IMG/VR virus record: IMGVR_UViG_3300002930_000508
Coordinates: 4,482 to 68,481 of that record
Source: a virus
Taxonomy: Duplodnaviria > Caudoviricetes
Length of the DNA: 64,000 nt
Direction: 5' to 3' (one strand)
In this document: piece by piece, positions 1-8,768 of the stretch
Layout of the letters: every line of letters begins with the position of its first letter
Position numbering within the stretch: the first letter of the stretch is position 1
Notes under the pieces: generated by a model
Told to the model about the DNA's origin: nothing
The model's input: only the letters and a program-made list of their open reading frames with translations
Databases searched by the model: none
Program-made: the position numbers and the translations under genes

Positions 1-2
1 TA

Positions 3-344
3 GAGAATTTAAAGCGTTTATCTGTTCTTTTGGAGCAGGTACGTGAGGCTATTAAAGGTCGACCTATAATTATTAATAGTGGGTATCGCTCAAAGCAAGT
101 TAACGATGCAGTGGGGTCTAAAGAGTTTAGCCAACACCGTCTCGGTTGCGCTGCGGATATTCGTGTACCGGGTATGCCCCCTAACCAAGTTGTTAAAGCC
201 ATTATTGCTGCCGGACTTCCGTTTGACCAAGTAATTCGTGAGTTTGACTCATGGACTCACATCAGCGTGCCTAACACAAAAGAGATGACACCCCGGAAGC
301 AAGCGCTTATTATAGATCGTACCGGAACAAGAATATTTTCCTAG
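3..344 (+). CDS. Peptidase M15A-family endolysin, 5'-truncated by the window edge
   Basis: Frame is open from base 3 (ENLKRLSVLLEQVR...). Contains SGYRS, SQHRLGCAADI and WTHIS zinc-peptidase motifs. Confidence 0.85.
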   Translation, partial: ENLKRLSVLLEQVREAIKGRPIIINSGYRSKQVNDAVGSKEFSQHRLGCAADIRVPGMPPNQVVKAIIAAGLPFDQVIREFDSWTHISVPNTKEMTPRKQALIIDRTGTRIFS

Positions 345-352
345 AGTAAACC

Positions 353-2917
353 ATGCCATTACAAAAACTAGTCTTTAAGCCCGGAATCAATAAAGAAGGC
401 ACTAACTACACTAATGAAGGTGGTTGGTTTGATTGCGATAAAGTTCGTTTTCGTTCTGGTAACGCTGAAAAAATTGGCGGTTGGACACGTCTTTCAGATA
501 GCACATTTGCTGGTGTCTGCCGAGCCCTTTGGAACTGGGGTACATTAGCTGGCGCCAACTTACTAGGGGTTGGTACTAGTAAAAAATACTACATTGAAAA
601 TGGCGGAACTTATAACGATGTAACCCCTCTTCGATTAAACACTAGCGGTAACACAACAACTACTTTGGGGGCTAGTCCGTTAGCGACTGTAGCTGGGTCT
701 TCAATAATCACTGTAACAGATGCAGTTAGCGGACTTTCGCCTAGCGTTGGGGACTACGTAAACATAACTAGTACAGCAACCGTTGGCGGTCTGCTAATTA
801 ATGGGCAGTATGTAGTTACTTCAGTACCAACTATTTTTACTTATTCAGTCGATGTTATTCTACCCGCCGCCACCACAACAACAGGTGGGGGAACAGTAAC
901 GGTTCAATATTTATACCCAGTTGGGAACGATGTGTATACCGTTAACAACGGTTGGGGTGCTGGGGCTTGGTCTCCGACTACTCCTGTTGTTTTAAACAAC
1001 AATCCGTTTACAGCTAACATAGGTAGCTCTACTGTTACAGTAACTCAAGCAGGTAACGGTTACTTAACTTCTGCAGGTTCATTTAAAGCTGGGCAGCAAT
1101 ACAAAATAGTTGCTGTTGGCTCTACTAATTTTACTTTAATTGGCGCCGCTTCTAATACTGTTGGCGTGGTATTTACGGCTACTGGAGCTGGTACTGGCTC
1201 AGGCACCGCATCTATTGTTTGGGTGTCTTTTTCTAACGTACCTGATTTAATGGCAGTCCCCTCTGTGTATAGTATTTTTGGTACTGTTGGGTTTGATACA
1301 GGTAGTTATGGTATGTATAGCGCTGGACTTGAGCCAGCTATACCCGCTACTTTAATGAATAAAACTTTTGAAATAACTTACGTAGACGGCAATACGTACA
1401 CCATTACGTTACCTAATGCTAATGCAGGGTCTTTTAGTACCGGTCTTACATATATTATTACTTCTGTAGGAACTACAGATTTTACGGCTATTGGGGCGGC
1501 ATCTAATACTGTTGGTGTATCTTTTGTTGCTACAGGTCCGGGTTCTGGTACAGGAACAGCATCTGTAACTGCTTTATACAGCACTATAGGTGGTGGCACT
1601 ACTGTTACTGTTTATCCAGAATATGGCATCCGTGGTTGGGGGCAAGCTGCAGATGTAGGTATCGGTTCCCAATTACGTTTGTGGACTAACGACAATTTTG
1701 GTCAAGATTTAGTTATTGCTCCTCGTGGAGGCGGTATCTACTATTGGGCTGCATCAACTGGAGTTACTTCTAGGGCGCTACTTTTAAACACAGTGTCTAC
1801 AGCGCAAGGTTTCTCAGGGCAGTTTGTACCAAACACAACCAATCAAGTTATCGGTTCGGCTATCCAACGTTTTGTTATTGCTTTTGGCGCAAATCCATAT
1901 GACCCAACAAACGCCAATACCACATTTGACCCATTATTAGTACGTTGGTCTGACCAAGAAAACCCTTACGACTGGGTGCCACAAGTAACAAACCAGTCTG
2001 GTGAGTACCGCCTTAATATTGGTTCTTATATTGTTTGCGCTCGTTCAACCCGTCAAGAGCTTTTGGTTTGGTCTGATGCAGCCATTTACTCTATGCAGTA
2101 TCTTGGGGCTCCGTATGTTTGGGGTTTTCAGTTGCTACAAGACAACATATCTATTATGGGGCCTAATGCTTCTATTACAGTTAATAACGTAACTTATTGG
2201 ATGGGCACAGATAAGTTTTATCGCTATACAGGTCGTGTAGAAACGCTTCAATGTACTTTGCGCCAATACGTTTATCAAGACATTAATCAAGACCAAAACT
2301 TCCAAGTGTACGCAGGTAGCGTAGAAGGCTATAACGAGATATGGTGGTTCTACTGCTCCGCCGAAAGTAATCTTGTTGATAGGTATGTTATCTACAACTA
2401 CGTAGATGATGTTTGGTACTATGGCAATATGAGCCGTACGGCTTGGTTAGATTCTGGTTTACGTACGTTCCCAATGGGCGCTGATACCGCAAACTACCGC
2501 ATTTTGTATCACGAGAATGGCGTGGATGACGTATCAGGACCAGCCGCAGTGCCGATTGTGTCGTACGTTCAGTCTTCTGATTTTGATATTGGTGATGGAC
2601 ATAACTTTGGGTTTGTCTGGCGCATACTACCTGACGTAACTTTTAACGGTTCAACATCGGGCGTACCAGAAGTAACGATGACCGTACTACCAAGAGTTAA
2701 CTCAGGCACCCCATACGGAACTGCAGATAACCCAACGGTAGCCAGCGCACAAAGTTACGCTTCTAGGCACACATATGCGGTACAACAGTTTGATGGGCAG
2801 GTCTACACCCGCATTAGAGGCAGACAAATGGCATTTAGAATCGAGTCGGATAAACTAGGTGTTGACTGGCAAATAGGCTACCCACGTATTGATATTCGTC
2901 CTGACGGCAGGAGATGA
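353..2917 (+). CDS. Tail hub / DNA-stabilisation protein (P22 gp10-like) with inserted Thr/Gly-rich domains
   Basis: 854 aa; GGWFDCDKVRF N-terminus, LVRWSDQE beta-propeller-type motif; lies before the ejection genes. Confidence 0.65.
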   Translation: MPLQKLVFKPGINKEGTNYTNEGGWFDCDKVRFRSGNAEKIGGWTRLSDSTFAGVCRALWNWGTLAGANLLGVGTSKKYYIENGGTYNDVTPLRLNTSGNTTTTLGASPLATVAGSSIITVTDAVSGLSPSVGDYVNITSTATVGGLLINGQYVVTSVPTIFTYSVDVILPAATTTTGGGTVTVQYLYPVGNDVYTVNNGWGAGAWSPTTPVVLNNNPFTANIGSSTVTVTQAGNGYLTSAGSFKAGQQYKIVAVGSTNFTLIGAASNTVGVVFTATGAGTGSGTASIVWVSFSNVPDLMAVPSVYSIFGTVGFDTGSYGMYSAGLEPAIPATLMNKTFEITYVDGNTYTITLPNANAGSFSTGLTYIITSVGTTDFTAIGAASNTVGVSFVATGPGSGTGTASVTALYSTIGGGTTVTVYPEYGIRGWGQAADVGIGSQLRLWTNDNFGQDLVIAPRGGGIYYWAASTGVTSRALLLNTVSTAQGFSGQFVPNTTNQVIGSAIQRFVIAFGANPYDPTNANTTFDPLLVRWSDQENPYDWVPQVTNQSGEYRLNIGSYIVCARSTRQELLVWSDAAIYSMQYLGAPYVWGFQLLQDNISIMGPNASITVNNVTYWMGTDKFYRYTGRVETLQCTLRQYVYQDINQDQNFQVYAGSVEGYNEIWWFYCSAESNLVDRYVIYNYVDDVWYYGNMSRTAWLDSGLRTFPMGADTANYRILYHENGVDDVSGPAAVPIVSYVQSSDFDIGDGHNFGFVWRILPDVTFNGSTSGVPEVTMTVLPRVNSGTPYGTADNPTVASAQSYASRHTYAVQQFDGQVYTRIRGRQMAFRIESDKLGVDWQIGYPRIDIRPDGRR
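1073..1564 (+). repeat. Two in-frame copies of a 47-aa module (1073-1213 and 1424-1564)
   Basis: AGSFKAGQQYKIVAVGSTNFTLIGAASNTVGVVFTATGAGTGSGTAS vs AGSFSTGLTYIITSVGTTDFTAIGAASNTVGVSFVATGPGSGTGTAS. Confidence 0.9.
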
Positions 2918-2922
2918 CTTAA

Positions 2923-3237
2923 ATGGCTGTTAATCCACAACTTAAAACCGGAGTACTGCGTCCTTCAAAAGCGCCTAACTTACCTAATGCTCCACGGGAA
3001 GGGTATGACGCTAAATATTTTGACCAGTATTCTAACGTTTTACGTTTGTACTTTAACCAGATTGACGGATTTACCCAAGCGATAATATTACCCGATTCTG
3101 GGGTTACTGCGAGTAGACCGATAAGTACCGTGCAAGTACCATTACCAATAGGGCAGTTTTTCTATGACACGACGCTTGATAGACCCATTTGGTGGAATGG
3201 CACTGTATGGAAAAAAGCTGACGGAACGACTGTTTAA
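2923..3237 (+). CDS. Hypothetical virion protein
   Basis: 104-aa ORF in the late operon; GQFFYDTTLDRPIWWNGTVW tail-associated-type motif. Confidence 0.7.
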   Translation: MAVNPQLKTGVLRPSKAPNLPNAPREGYDAKYFDQYSNVLRLYFNQIDGFTQAIILPDSGVTASRPISTVQVPLPIGQFFYDTTLDRPIWWNGTVWKKADGTTV

Positions 3238-3275
3238 ATGTTAAACTTGACACCAAATAACCCCAAGGTACGCTT

Positions 3276-4724
3276 ATGAGCTTACACAATCTAGCTAAGC
3301 ACGTTCAAGAAAAGGGACGTGGTAACGACAAAATGCTTGTCCATATGACCCCAAAAGAGGTACAGGGGTTACAGGCGCTTGCTAAAGCACATGGCGGTAG
3401 CTTAACAGTTAACCCACAAACAGGTCTACCAGAGGCTGGGTTCTTAGAACAAGTTCTTCCTATCGTGGCTATGGCTGCGGCTACTTACTTTACTGCTGGT
3501 GCTGCCGCCCCTGCTCTTAGCGCTGCCCTTGCTGGTGAAGGTGCTTTGGCTGCTGGTGCTGTTACTGCTGCTGGTGGTGCTGCCGCTGGTACATTGGCTG
3601 GTGCTGGTGTAGGTGCTGCTGGTGCGGCACTTCAAGGTAAAGATGTAGGTAAAGGTGCTCTCTACGGCGGTATTGGCGGTGCTATCTCAGGTGGTATGGG
3701 TGCTTATGGTGGTGCAGAATCTGCAGCTACTAGTGGTGCTAGCGAGGCTGCTCAAGCTGGTAAAGCTGTTGATGTAGCTAATAGCGGTGTTTCTGGTGAA
3801 GAGATGCTAAAACAAACAGCCGGGTATGGTCAGGCAACTAACGCCCCAATGACGCAACAACAGTTTGCTGACACAAGCGCATTTACAGGTACTCCACAAG
3901 CTCCCGGTTCAGTGCCTGCTGGCGGACCTTCTCCAACTATAGATAACACCCCAACTCAAGCCGAAATAAACCAAATAAGAGGTCCCGGCGCTCCCGGTAA
4001 ACCAAGCTACTACAGCACAATGGAAATGCCCGGTAAGATAATGACACAATCGCTTCCCGGTATTGGCGCTGATATTGGTATGAATACGCCAAACACCCAA
4101 ATGCCCGGAACTGAACCATACAAAAGTCAAGCTACTCTATCTCCCGATTTCCAAGGCTATACTCCACGCCAGCCTAAGCCATACTACCAAGCCCAATACA
4201 CACGATATGCTGCTGATGGTGGTTTGATGGCGCTAGCGGGTGGTGGAGATGTAACTAAGAAAAAACAACGTGCCGCTTTAACCGCTGATAGAACTATGGC
4301 TGCCATGAGCGCAGACCAAGCTGGCTTAGCTAATCTTAATAATGCGCGTTACGCTGCTAACATGACTGGCGCATCTCCCCTATCTTCTATGTCTCTTGGA
4401 GACTTACCTACTCCTGTTGGTGCCGCTGGTGGTGGTTTGGCTAATTTGGGCGGTTACTCAGATGGTGGTCGTTTATTGAAAGGTCCCGGCGATGGCATGT
4501 CAGATAATATCCCAGCTCAAATTGGTCATAAGCAGCCTGCCCGTTTGGCTGATGGCGAGTTTGTTGTACCTGCTGATGTTGTGTCTCATCTTGGTAATGG
4601 TTCCACTGATGCAGGCGCTAAACGCCTTTACGCCATGATGGATAGAGCCCGCCAAGCACGTACGGGCAAAAAGAAACAAGCCCCTGCGGTTAACGCAGAT
4701 AAAATACTTTCAAGGGTAGCATAA
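3276..4724 (+). CDS. Putative internal virion / ejection protein
   Basis: 482 aa, Ala/Gly-rich hydrophobic N-half; C-terminal GPGDGMSDNIPA...RLADGEFVVPADVVS domain. Confidence 0.6.
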   Translation: MSLHNLAKHVQEKGRGNDKMLVHMTPKEVQGLQALAKAHGGSLTVNPQTGLPEAGFLEQVLPIVAMAAATYFTAGAAAPALSAALAGEGALAAGAVTAAGGAAAGTLAGAGVGAAGAALQGKDVGKGALYGGIGGAISGGMGAYGGAESAATSGASEAAQAGKAVDVANSGVSGEEMLKQTAGYGQATNAPMTQQQFADTSAFTGTPQAPGSVPAGGPSPTIDNTPTQAEINQIRGPGAPGKPSYYSTMEMPGKIMTQSLPGIGADIGMNTPNTQMPGTEPYKSQATLSPDFQGYTPRQPKPYYQAQYTRYAADGGLMALAGGGDVTKKKQRAALTADRTMAAMSADQAGLANLNNARYAANMTGASPLSSMSLGDLPTPVGAAGGGLANLGGYSDGGRLLKGPGDGMSDNIPAQIGHKQPARLADGEFVVPADVVSHLGNGSTDAGAKRLYAMMDRARQARTGKKKQAPAVNADKILSRVA

Positions 4725-5197
4725 TGGGCGGCATGGTAGGTGGTGGTGGAGGTGGTGGGGGCGGTTCTTCAGCTCCTGATTATGGTCACGGTAATGCCAA
4801 TATTGGGTATACCCCGGTTTCTACGCCTGCTCCATACGCACCATCGTACGCTCCTCAAACAGCCACCCCATTTTTACAAAGCGTTATGGCGCAACATGGA
4901 ATAGGTTCTCCGCAACAAAGTAACAGCCTTGGGCTACCTAGTTTGCAAAGTATGTTTGGTATGCAACAGCGCAATTCACCATTACAAGGTGGTTTACAAC
5001 AGCTATCACCAATGACACCATACGTGGGTTCTACGTATAGACCTAATATGAATTCAATTCAACAAAACCTAAATAGTGTTGCCCCAAGTGTAGAATTACA
5101 ACAACGGCAAGCGGCAGAAGCGCAAGCTAAATGGGATGCAGAACATCCAGCAATGCCTTCTTATGGTGGCGATGGTGGTGGTGCGGGTGGGGATTAA
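4724..5197 (+). CDS. Gly/Gln-rich hypothetical virion protein
   Basis: 157-aa ORF, start overlaps the upstream stop (TAATG). Confidence 0.6.
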   Translation: MGGMVGGGGGGGGGSSAPDYGHGNANIGYTPVSTPAPYAPSYAPQTATPFLQSVMAQHGIGSPQQSNSLGLPSLQSMFGMQQRNSPLQGGLQQLSPMTPYVGSTYRPNMNSIQQNLNSVAPSVELQQRQAAEAQAKWDAEHPAMPSYGGDGGGAGGD

Positions 5198-5611
5198 TTG
5201 AACTTAACTATTCAACCCGTTTTTACTGCTGCTTTTCACCAAGCGTGGCCTTTGGTCGAAGGTTTTTTGGCGCAAGCATTAGAGTGGGGTGGGGACGACT
5301 ACACAGTTGAACAAGCTAAGGTTTATTTGGCTAGAGGTGATTGGATGTTGGTAGTAGCGGTTGACGAAGAAAACAAAATATACGGGGCAGCAGCAGTTAA
5401 TTTTAATAGCATGCCTAACGATAGAGTTGCATTCGTAGTGGCTATTGGTGGTAAATTAATTAGTAGTCAAGACACTTACACACAGTTTACTGCTTTACTT
5501 AAAGCACATGGCGCCACTAAAATACAGGGTGCCGCAAGAGAATCTATTGCACGGTTGTGGACTAGATACGGGTTTAAAGAACGCTACAGGATTGTAGAGG
5601 CAAAGCTGTGA
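5198..5611 (+). CDS. GNAT-like assembly protein (P22 gp14 / T7 gp13 position)
   Basis: 137 aa, TTG start; alpha/beta pattern with VVAIGG and IQGAARESIARLW; located just before the gp7-like gene. Confidence 0.45.
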   Translation: MNLTIQPVFTAAFHQAWPLVEGFLAQALEWGGDDYTVEQAKVYLARGDWMLVVAVDEENKIYGAAAVNFNSMPNDRVAFVVAIGGKLISSQDTYTQFTALLKAHGATKIQGAARESIARLWTRYGFKERYRIVEAKL

Positions 5612-6093
5612 ATAAAGAAATAACTCAAGCATATATTAAGACGCTTTTTGATTATAAAGGCGGCAACCTCTATTGGAAAGTTAAAAGAAAAACAGTAAAC
5701 CCCGGAAGTTTAGCAGGGCGTTTGTCCCAAAAAGGGTACATTCAAATTGGGGTTGACGGTAAAATGTATTCGGCGCATAGGCTAATATTCTTACTACAAC
5801 ACGGTTATTTACCTAAAGTAATTGACCATATAAATGGCAATAAAGCAGATAACAGAATTGAAAATTTAAGAGAAGCGTCTTTGTCTGAAAACCAAATGAA
5901 CAGAAAATTTGGAAAAAACTCATCCGGTGTTAAAGGTGTTGTTTGGCATAAGTCAAATAAAAAATGGATGGCTCAACTAGCTATTGATGGGGTAAACAAA
6001 TATTTTGGAAGTTTTGATGACTTAGAGTTGGCAGAACTAGTTGTTATTGAAGCAAGAAATAAGTACCACGGCGCGTACGCAAGGAACATTTAA
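5608..6093 (+). CDS. HNH homing endonuclease with AP2-like C-terminal domain
   Basis: AHRLIF...VIDHINGNKADNRIENLR followed by SSGVKGVVWHKSNKKWMAQ. Confidence 0.9.
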   Translation: MNKEITQAYIKTLFDYKGGNLYWKVKRKTVNPGSLAGRLSQKGYIQIGVDGKMYSAHRLIFLLQHGYLPKVIDHINGNKADNRIENLREASLSENQMNRKFGKNSSGVKGVVWHKSNKKWMAQLAIDGVNKYFGSFDDLELAELVVIEARNKYHGAYARNI

Positions 6094-6095
6094 TT

Positions 6096-7133
6096 ATGAG
6101 TATTTTAAAAAGCAAACATAGCGGGTGGACATGGGACCTAAAGAGAACCCCGTTTGGTGGTTCTAGTGGTGGTTCTTCCGGCCCCCAAAATACAACTACT
6201 CAAACATCCAACATTCCAGAATACGCACGTCCGTATGTGGAAAACATGCTTCAATCTACACAGAAGCAAATCTACAACGATGACATGACGGGCTTTCGCC
6301 CGTACCAACCATATAGTACAAACCCTAATGACTATGTAGCTGGTTTTTCTCCACTACAACAGCAGGCGCAAGCAGCAACAGCAAACTTAACAACTCCCGA
6401 CCAATACAATGCAGGTAGTAGTCTAGCAGGTATGTCTGGTTTAGGTTCTTTAGGCATTGCAGGGCAAGCTGCCGGTGCAGGGCAACAATACAATCAGATG
6501 GCGCAAGACCCACGCTCTATGCAAGGTTTTATGTCGCCTTATATGCAAAACGTAGTTGACTATCAAAAGGGTCAAGCGTTGCGTGATTACGGTATTGGTC
6601 AACAAAGTTTAAAAGCTCAAGCTGCTAGATCAGGCGCATTTGGTGGTAGCCGTCAAGCTATTCAAGAATCAGAAGCTCAGCGTAGTTTAGGCAGTCAGTT
6701 GCAAGGTATTGAAGCACAAGGCGCACAATCCGCATTTCAAAACGCACAACAAGCTCAACAGTTTGGTGCTAACTTGGGCATGCAAGGCTATGGCACAGCT
6801 TTACAAGGTTTAAGCGGAGCTAATCAAGCGGCTAATACTTTAGGCAGTCTAGGCACTCAGCAACTAGGTGCACAACAAAACATTATTAATCTTCAGTCTC
6901 AAGCTGGCGCTCAACAACAAGCCCAAGAACAACAGAAGATTAACCAGTCGATTCAAGATTACGCTACTGCACAACAATATCCGTACATGCAGCTTGGTAT
7001 TATGAACTCTATGCTTAGGGGTTTACCACTACAGTCTTCAACAACAAGTATGTACCAAGCGCAACCTAGTACAGGTCAGCAGCTTTTAGGTTATGGTCTT
7101 GGCGCATTAGGCGCTTACAAAGCATTCGGTTAA
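6096..7133 (+). CDS. Ejection protein, P22 gp7-like
   Basis: Gln/Ala/Gly-rich; 20-aa leader then GGSSGG; AARSGAFGGSRQ motif; hydrophobic Gly-rich C-terminus. Confidence 0.6.
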   Translation: MSILKSKHSGWTWDLKRTPFGGSSGGSSGPQNTTTQTSNIPEYARPYVENMLQSTQKQIYNDDMTGFRPYQPYSTNPNDYVAGFSPLQQQAQAATANLTTPDQYNAGSSLAGMSGLGSLGIAGQAAGAGQQYNQMAQDPRSMQGFMSPYMQNVVDYQKGQALRDYGIGQQSLKAQAARSGAFGGSRQAIQESEAQRSLGSQLQGIEAQGAQSAFQNAQQAQQFGANLGMQGYGTALQGLSGANQAANTLGSLGTQQLGAQQNIINLQSQAGAQQQAQEQQKINQSIQDYATAQQYPYMQLGIMNSMLRGLPLQSSTTSMYQAQPSTGQQLLGYGLGALGAYKAFG

Positions 7134-7142
7134 GGAATAAAT

Positions 7143-8738
7143 ATGACACCATCTATGGGTATGGCAGCTCCAAAAGGTATGGCACCCGCTGCTCCTCAAG
7201 CAGGACTTGCCGCTATTGCTCAACCAGCTACTGCTCCAAAAGGCATGTCGTCTGGGAATATGGCGCAAGTTATGTCACTAGCTCGCAAAATGAGCGATGC
7301 CCAGCTGGCTGAAGTACTACAAGGTAAGAGTCTTGACGTTCCACAATACGTTGCTATGACTGAAGCTATGGGTCGTAAGAGTTTGCGTACTGCTATGGAT
7401 GGTCAACAAGCTATGGCACAAGCACGCCAGCCTAGCGTTAAAGATAAGTTAATGATGGGTGACCAACCCCAGATGCCACAAATGCCACAAATGCCACAAG
7501 GTATGCCACAACAGCCCGTAATGGCTGCTGAAGGTGGGTTGATGTATTCCGATGGTGGTATTGCCGATTTGCCTGCTCCTAATATGGAGTCTGTTGATAT
7601 GGCTAGCGGCGGCATTGTTGCGTTTGCTGATGGTGGAGACGTGCCTCGGTTTAATGGAAAGTCTTCTAGCTTAATTGACCCATTGCAGTACGTATCAATG
7701 CCTGTAGACCCAAACTACGTTCCTTCAAAAGAAGAAACCGAATCTCAAAAATATCAGCGCATTATTGCTGAAAATAAAGCCGCAGAAGAAAAGCGTAATG
7801 CTGGTATTAAAGATTTTTTAACAAACCAGTTATTTAGCCGTCGTCCTGTTGAGAAAAAAAGTAGCACTGAAACTACTTTGCCTGTTTCACCTACCGCTAC
7901 AAACACAGATGCGGATACACAACCGGGGTATACCCCCAACAAAGAACTAAACCCTGTAGCAAAACCCCCTGCTGGTGGTGTTACGTTTGACCCAACTGCT
8001 GGTGGAAATCCAGTTTTTAATAAAAAAGCCGGTGCTGGTAGTGATAATACTAAAGCAGGTCTTGGCGCTACTGATGAGTTTGCTAGTTACATGGACATGG
8101 TTAAAAAGAATAGAGAAGACTACCTATCCAAACTAGAAGGTATGGGCGCTAAGCAGCGTGAAGGTCTTGCCAAGTTAAGAAGCGAAGGTGGCGGTGAAGC
8201 TCTTATGAATTTAGCTGGCGCTTTGTTTTCTAACCCTAATATGGCTATGGCACTTGGTAAAGGTATGCCTGCGCTTGCTCAAACTGCCGCAGCATCTCGC
8301 AAAGAACAACGTGCTGTTGAACAAGGTGCTAACGAAATGGACCTCAACCTTGCTAAAGCTAGAGAAGCCGCTTCAAGGGGTGACATGGAATCTGCGCTTA
8401 TGTTTAAGAAGTTGGCAGATGAAGCTAGCTATAGAAAACAAGACCTTTCGCTTAAAGCTGCGGCGCTTAATCAAGAACCAGATGTATTACGTACTTTAAA
8501 AGGTATTGCAGGTAATCCACAGCTTGAAGCACTATATGGCAAAACAGGCAAAACAAACCAAATGTCGTTGACTGATGCGGCTAAGCAATGGAATGACATG
8601 CCAAAAGAAAATAGAAAATACTACAAAGAATTGCAAAGTATGGGTATTAATAGTGAACAAGACTACTACAGATATGTAAACGGTTCGCTGCTTTCTGCTA
8701 CAATTCCGGGACAGGGCGCACAAACAAGACCATACTAG
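7143..8738 (+). CDS. Putative ejection protein
   Basis: 531 aa between the gp7-like gene and the giant internal protein; repeated xxGG motifs. Confidence 0.55.
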   Translation: MTPSMGMAAPKGMAPAAPQAGLAAIAQPATAPKGMSSGNMAQVMSLARKMSDAQLAEVLQGKSLDVPQYVAMTEAMGRKSLRTAMDGQQAMAQARQPSVKDKLMMGDQPQMPQMPQMPQGMPQQPVMAAEGGLMYSDGGIADLPAPNMESVDMASGGIVAFADGGDVPRFNGKSSSLIDPLQYVSMPVDPNYVPSKEETESQKYQRIIAENKAAEEKRNAGIKDFLTNQLFSRRPVEKKSSTETTLPVSPTATNTDADTQPGYTPNKELNPVAKPPAGGVTFDPTAGGNPVFNKKAGAGSDNTKAGLGATDEFASYMDMVKKNREDYLSKLEGMGAKQREGLAKLRSEGGGEALMNLAGALFSNPNMAMALGKGMPALAQTAAASRKEQRAVEQGANEMDLNLAKAREAASRGDMESALMFKKLADEASYRKQDLSLKAAALNQEPDVLRTLKGIAGNPQLEALYGKTGKTNQMSLTDAAKQWNDMPKENRKYYKELQSMGINSEQDYYRYVNGSLLSATIPGQGAQTRPY

Positions 8739-8768
8739 ATTCGCCTACTAGTTTAAAAAATAAAACAT

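Noticed and set aside
3247-3274. TTGACA-16-TACGCT promoter
   Set aside because: The -10 would end 1 bp before the ATG, placing the start site inside the gene; an upstream TGn-TAAACT is an alternative but too weak to call
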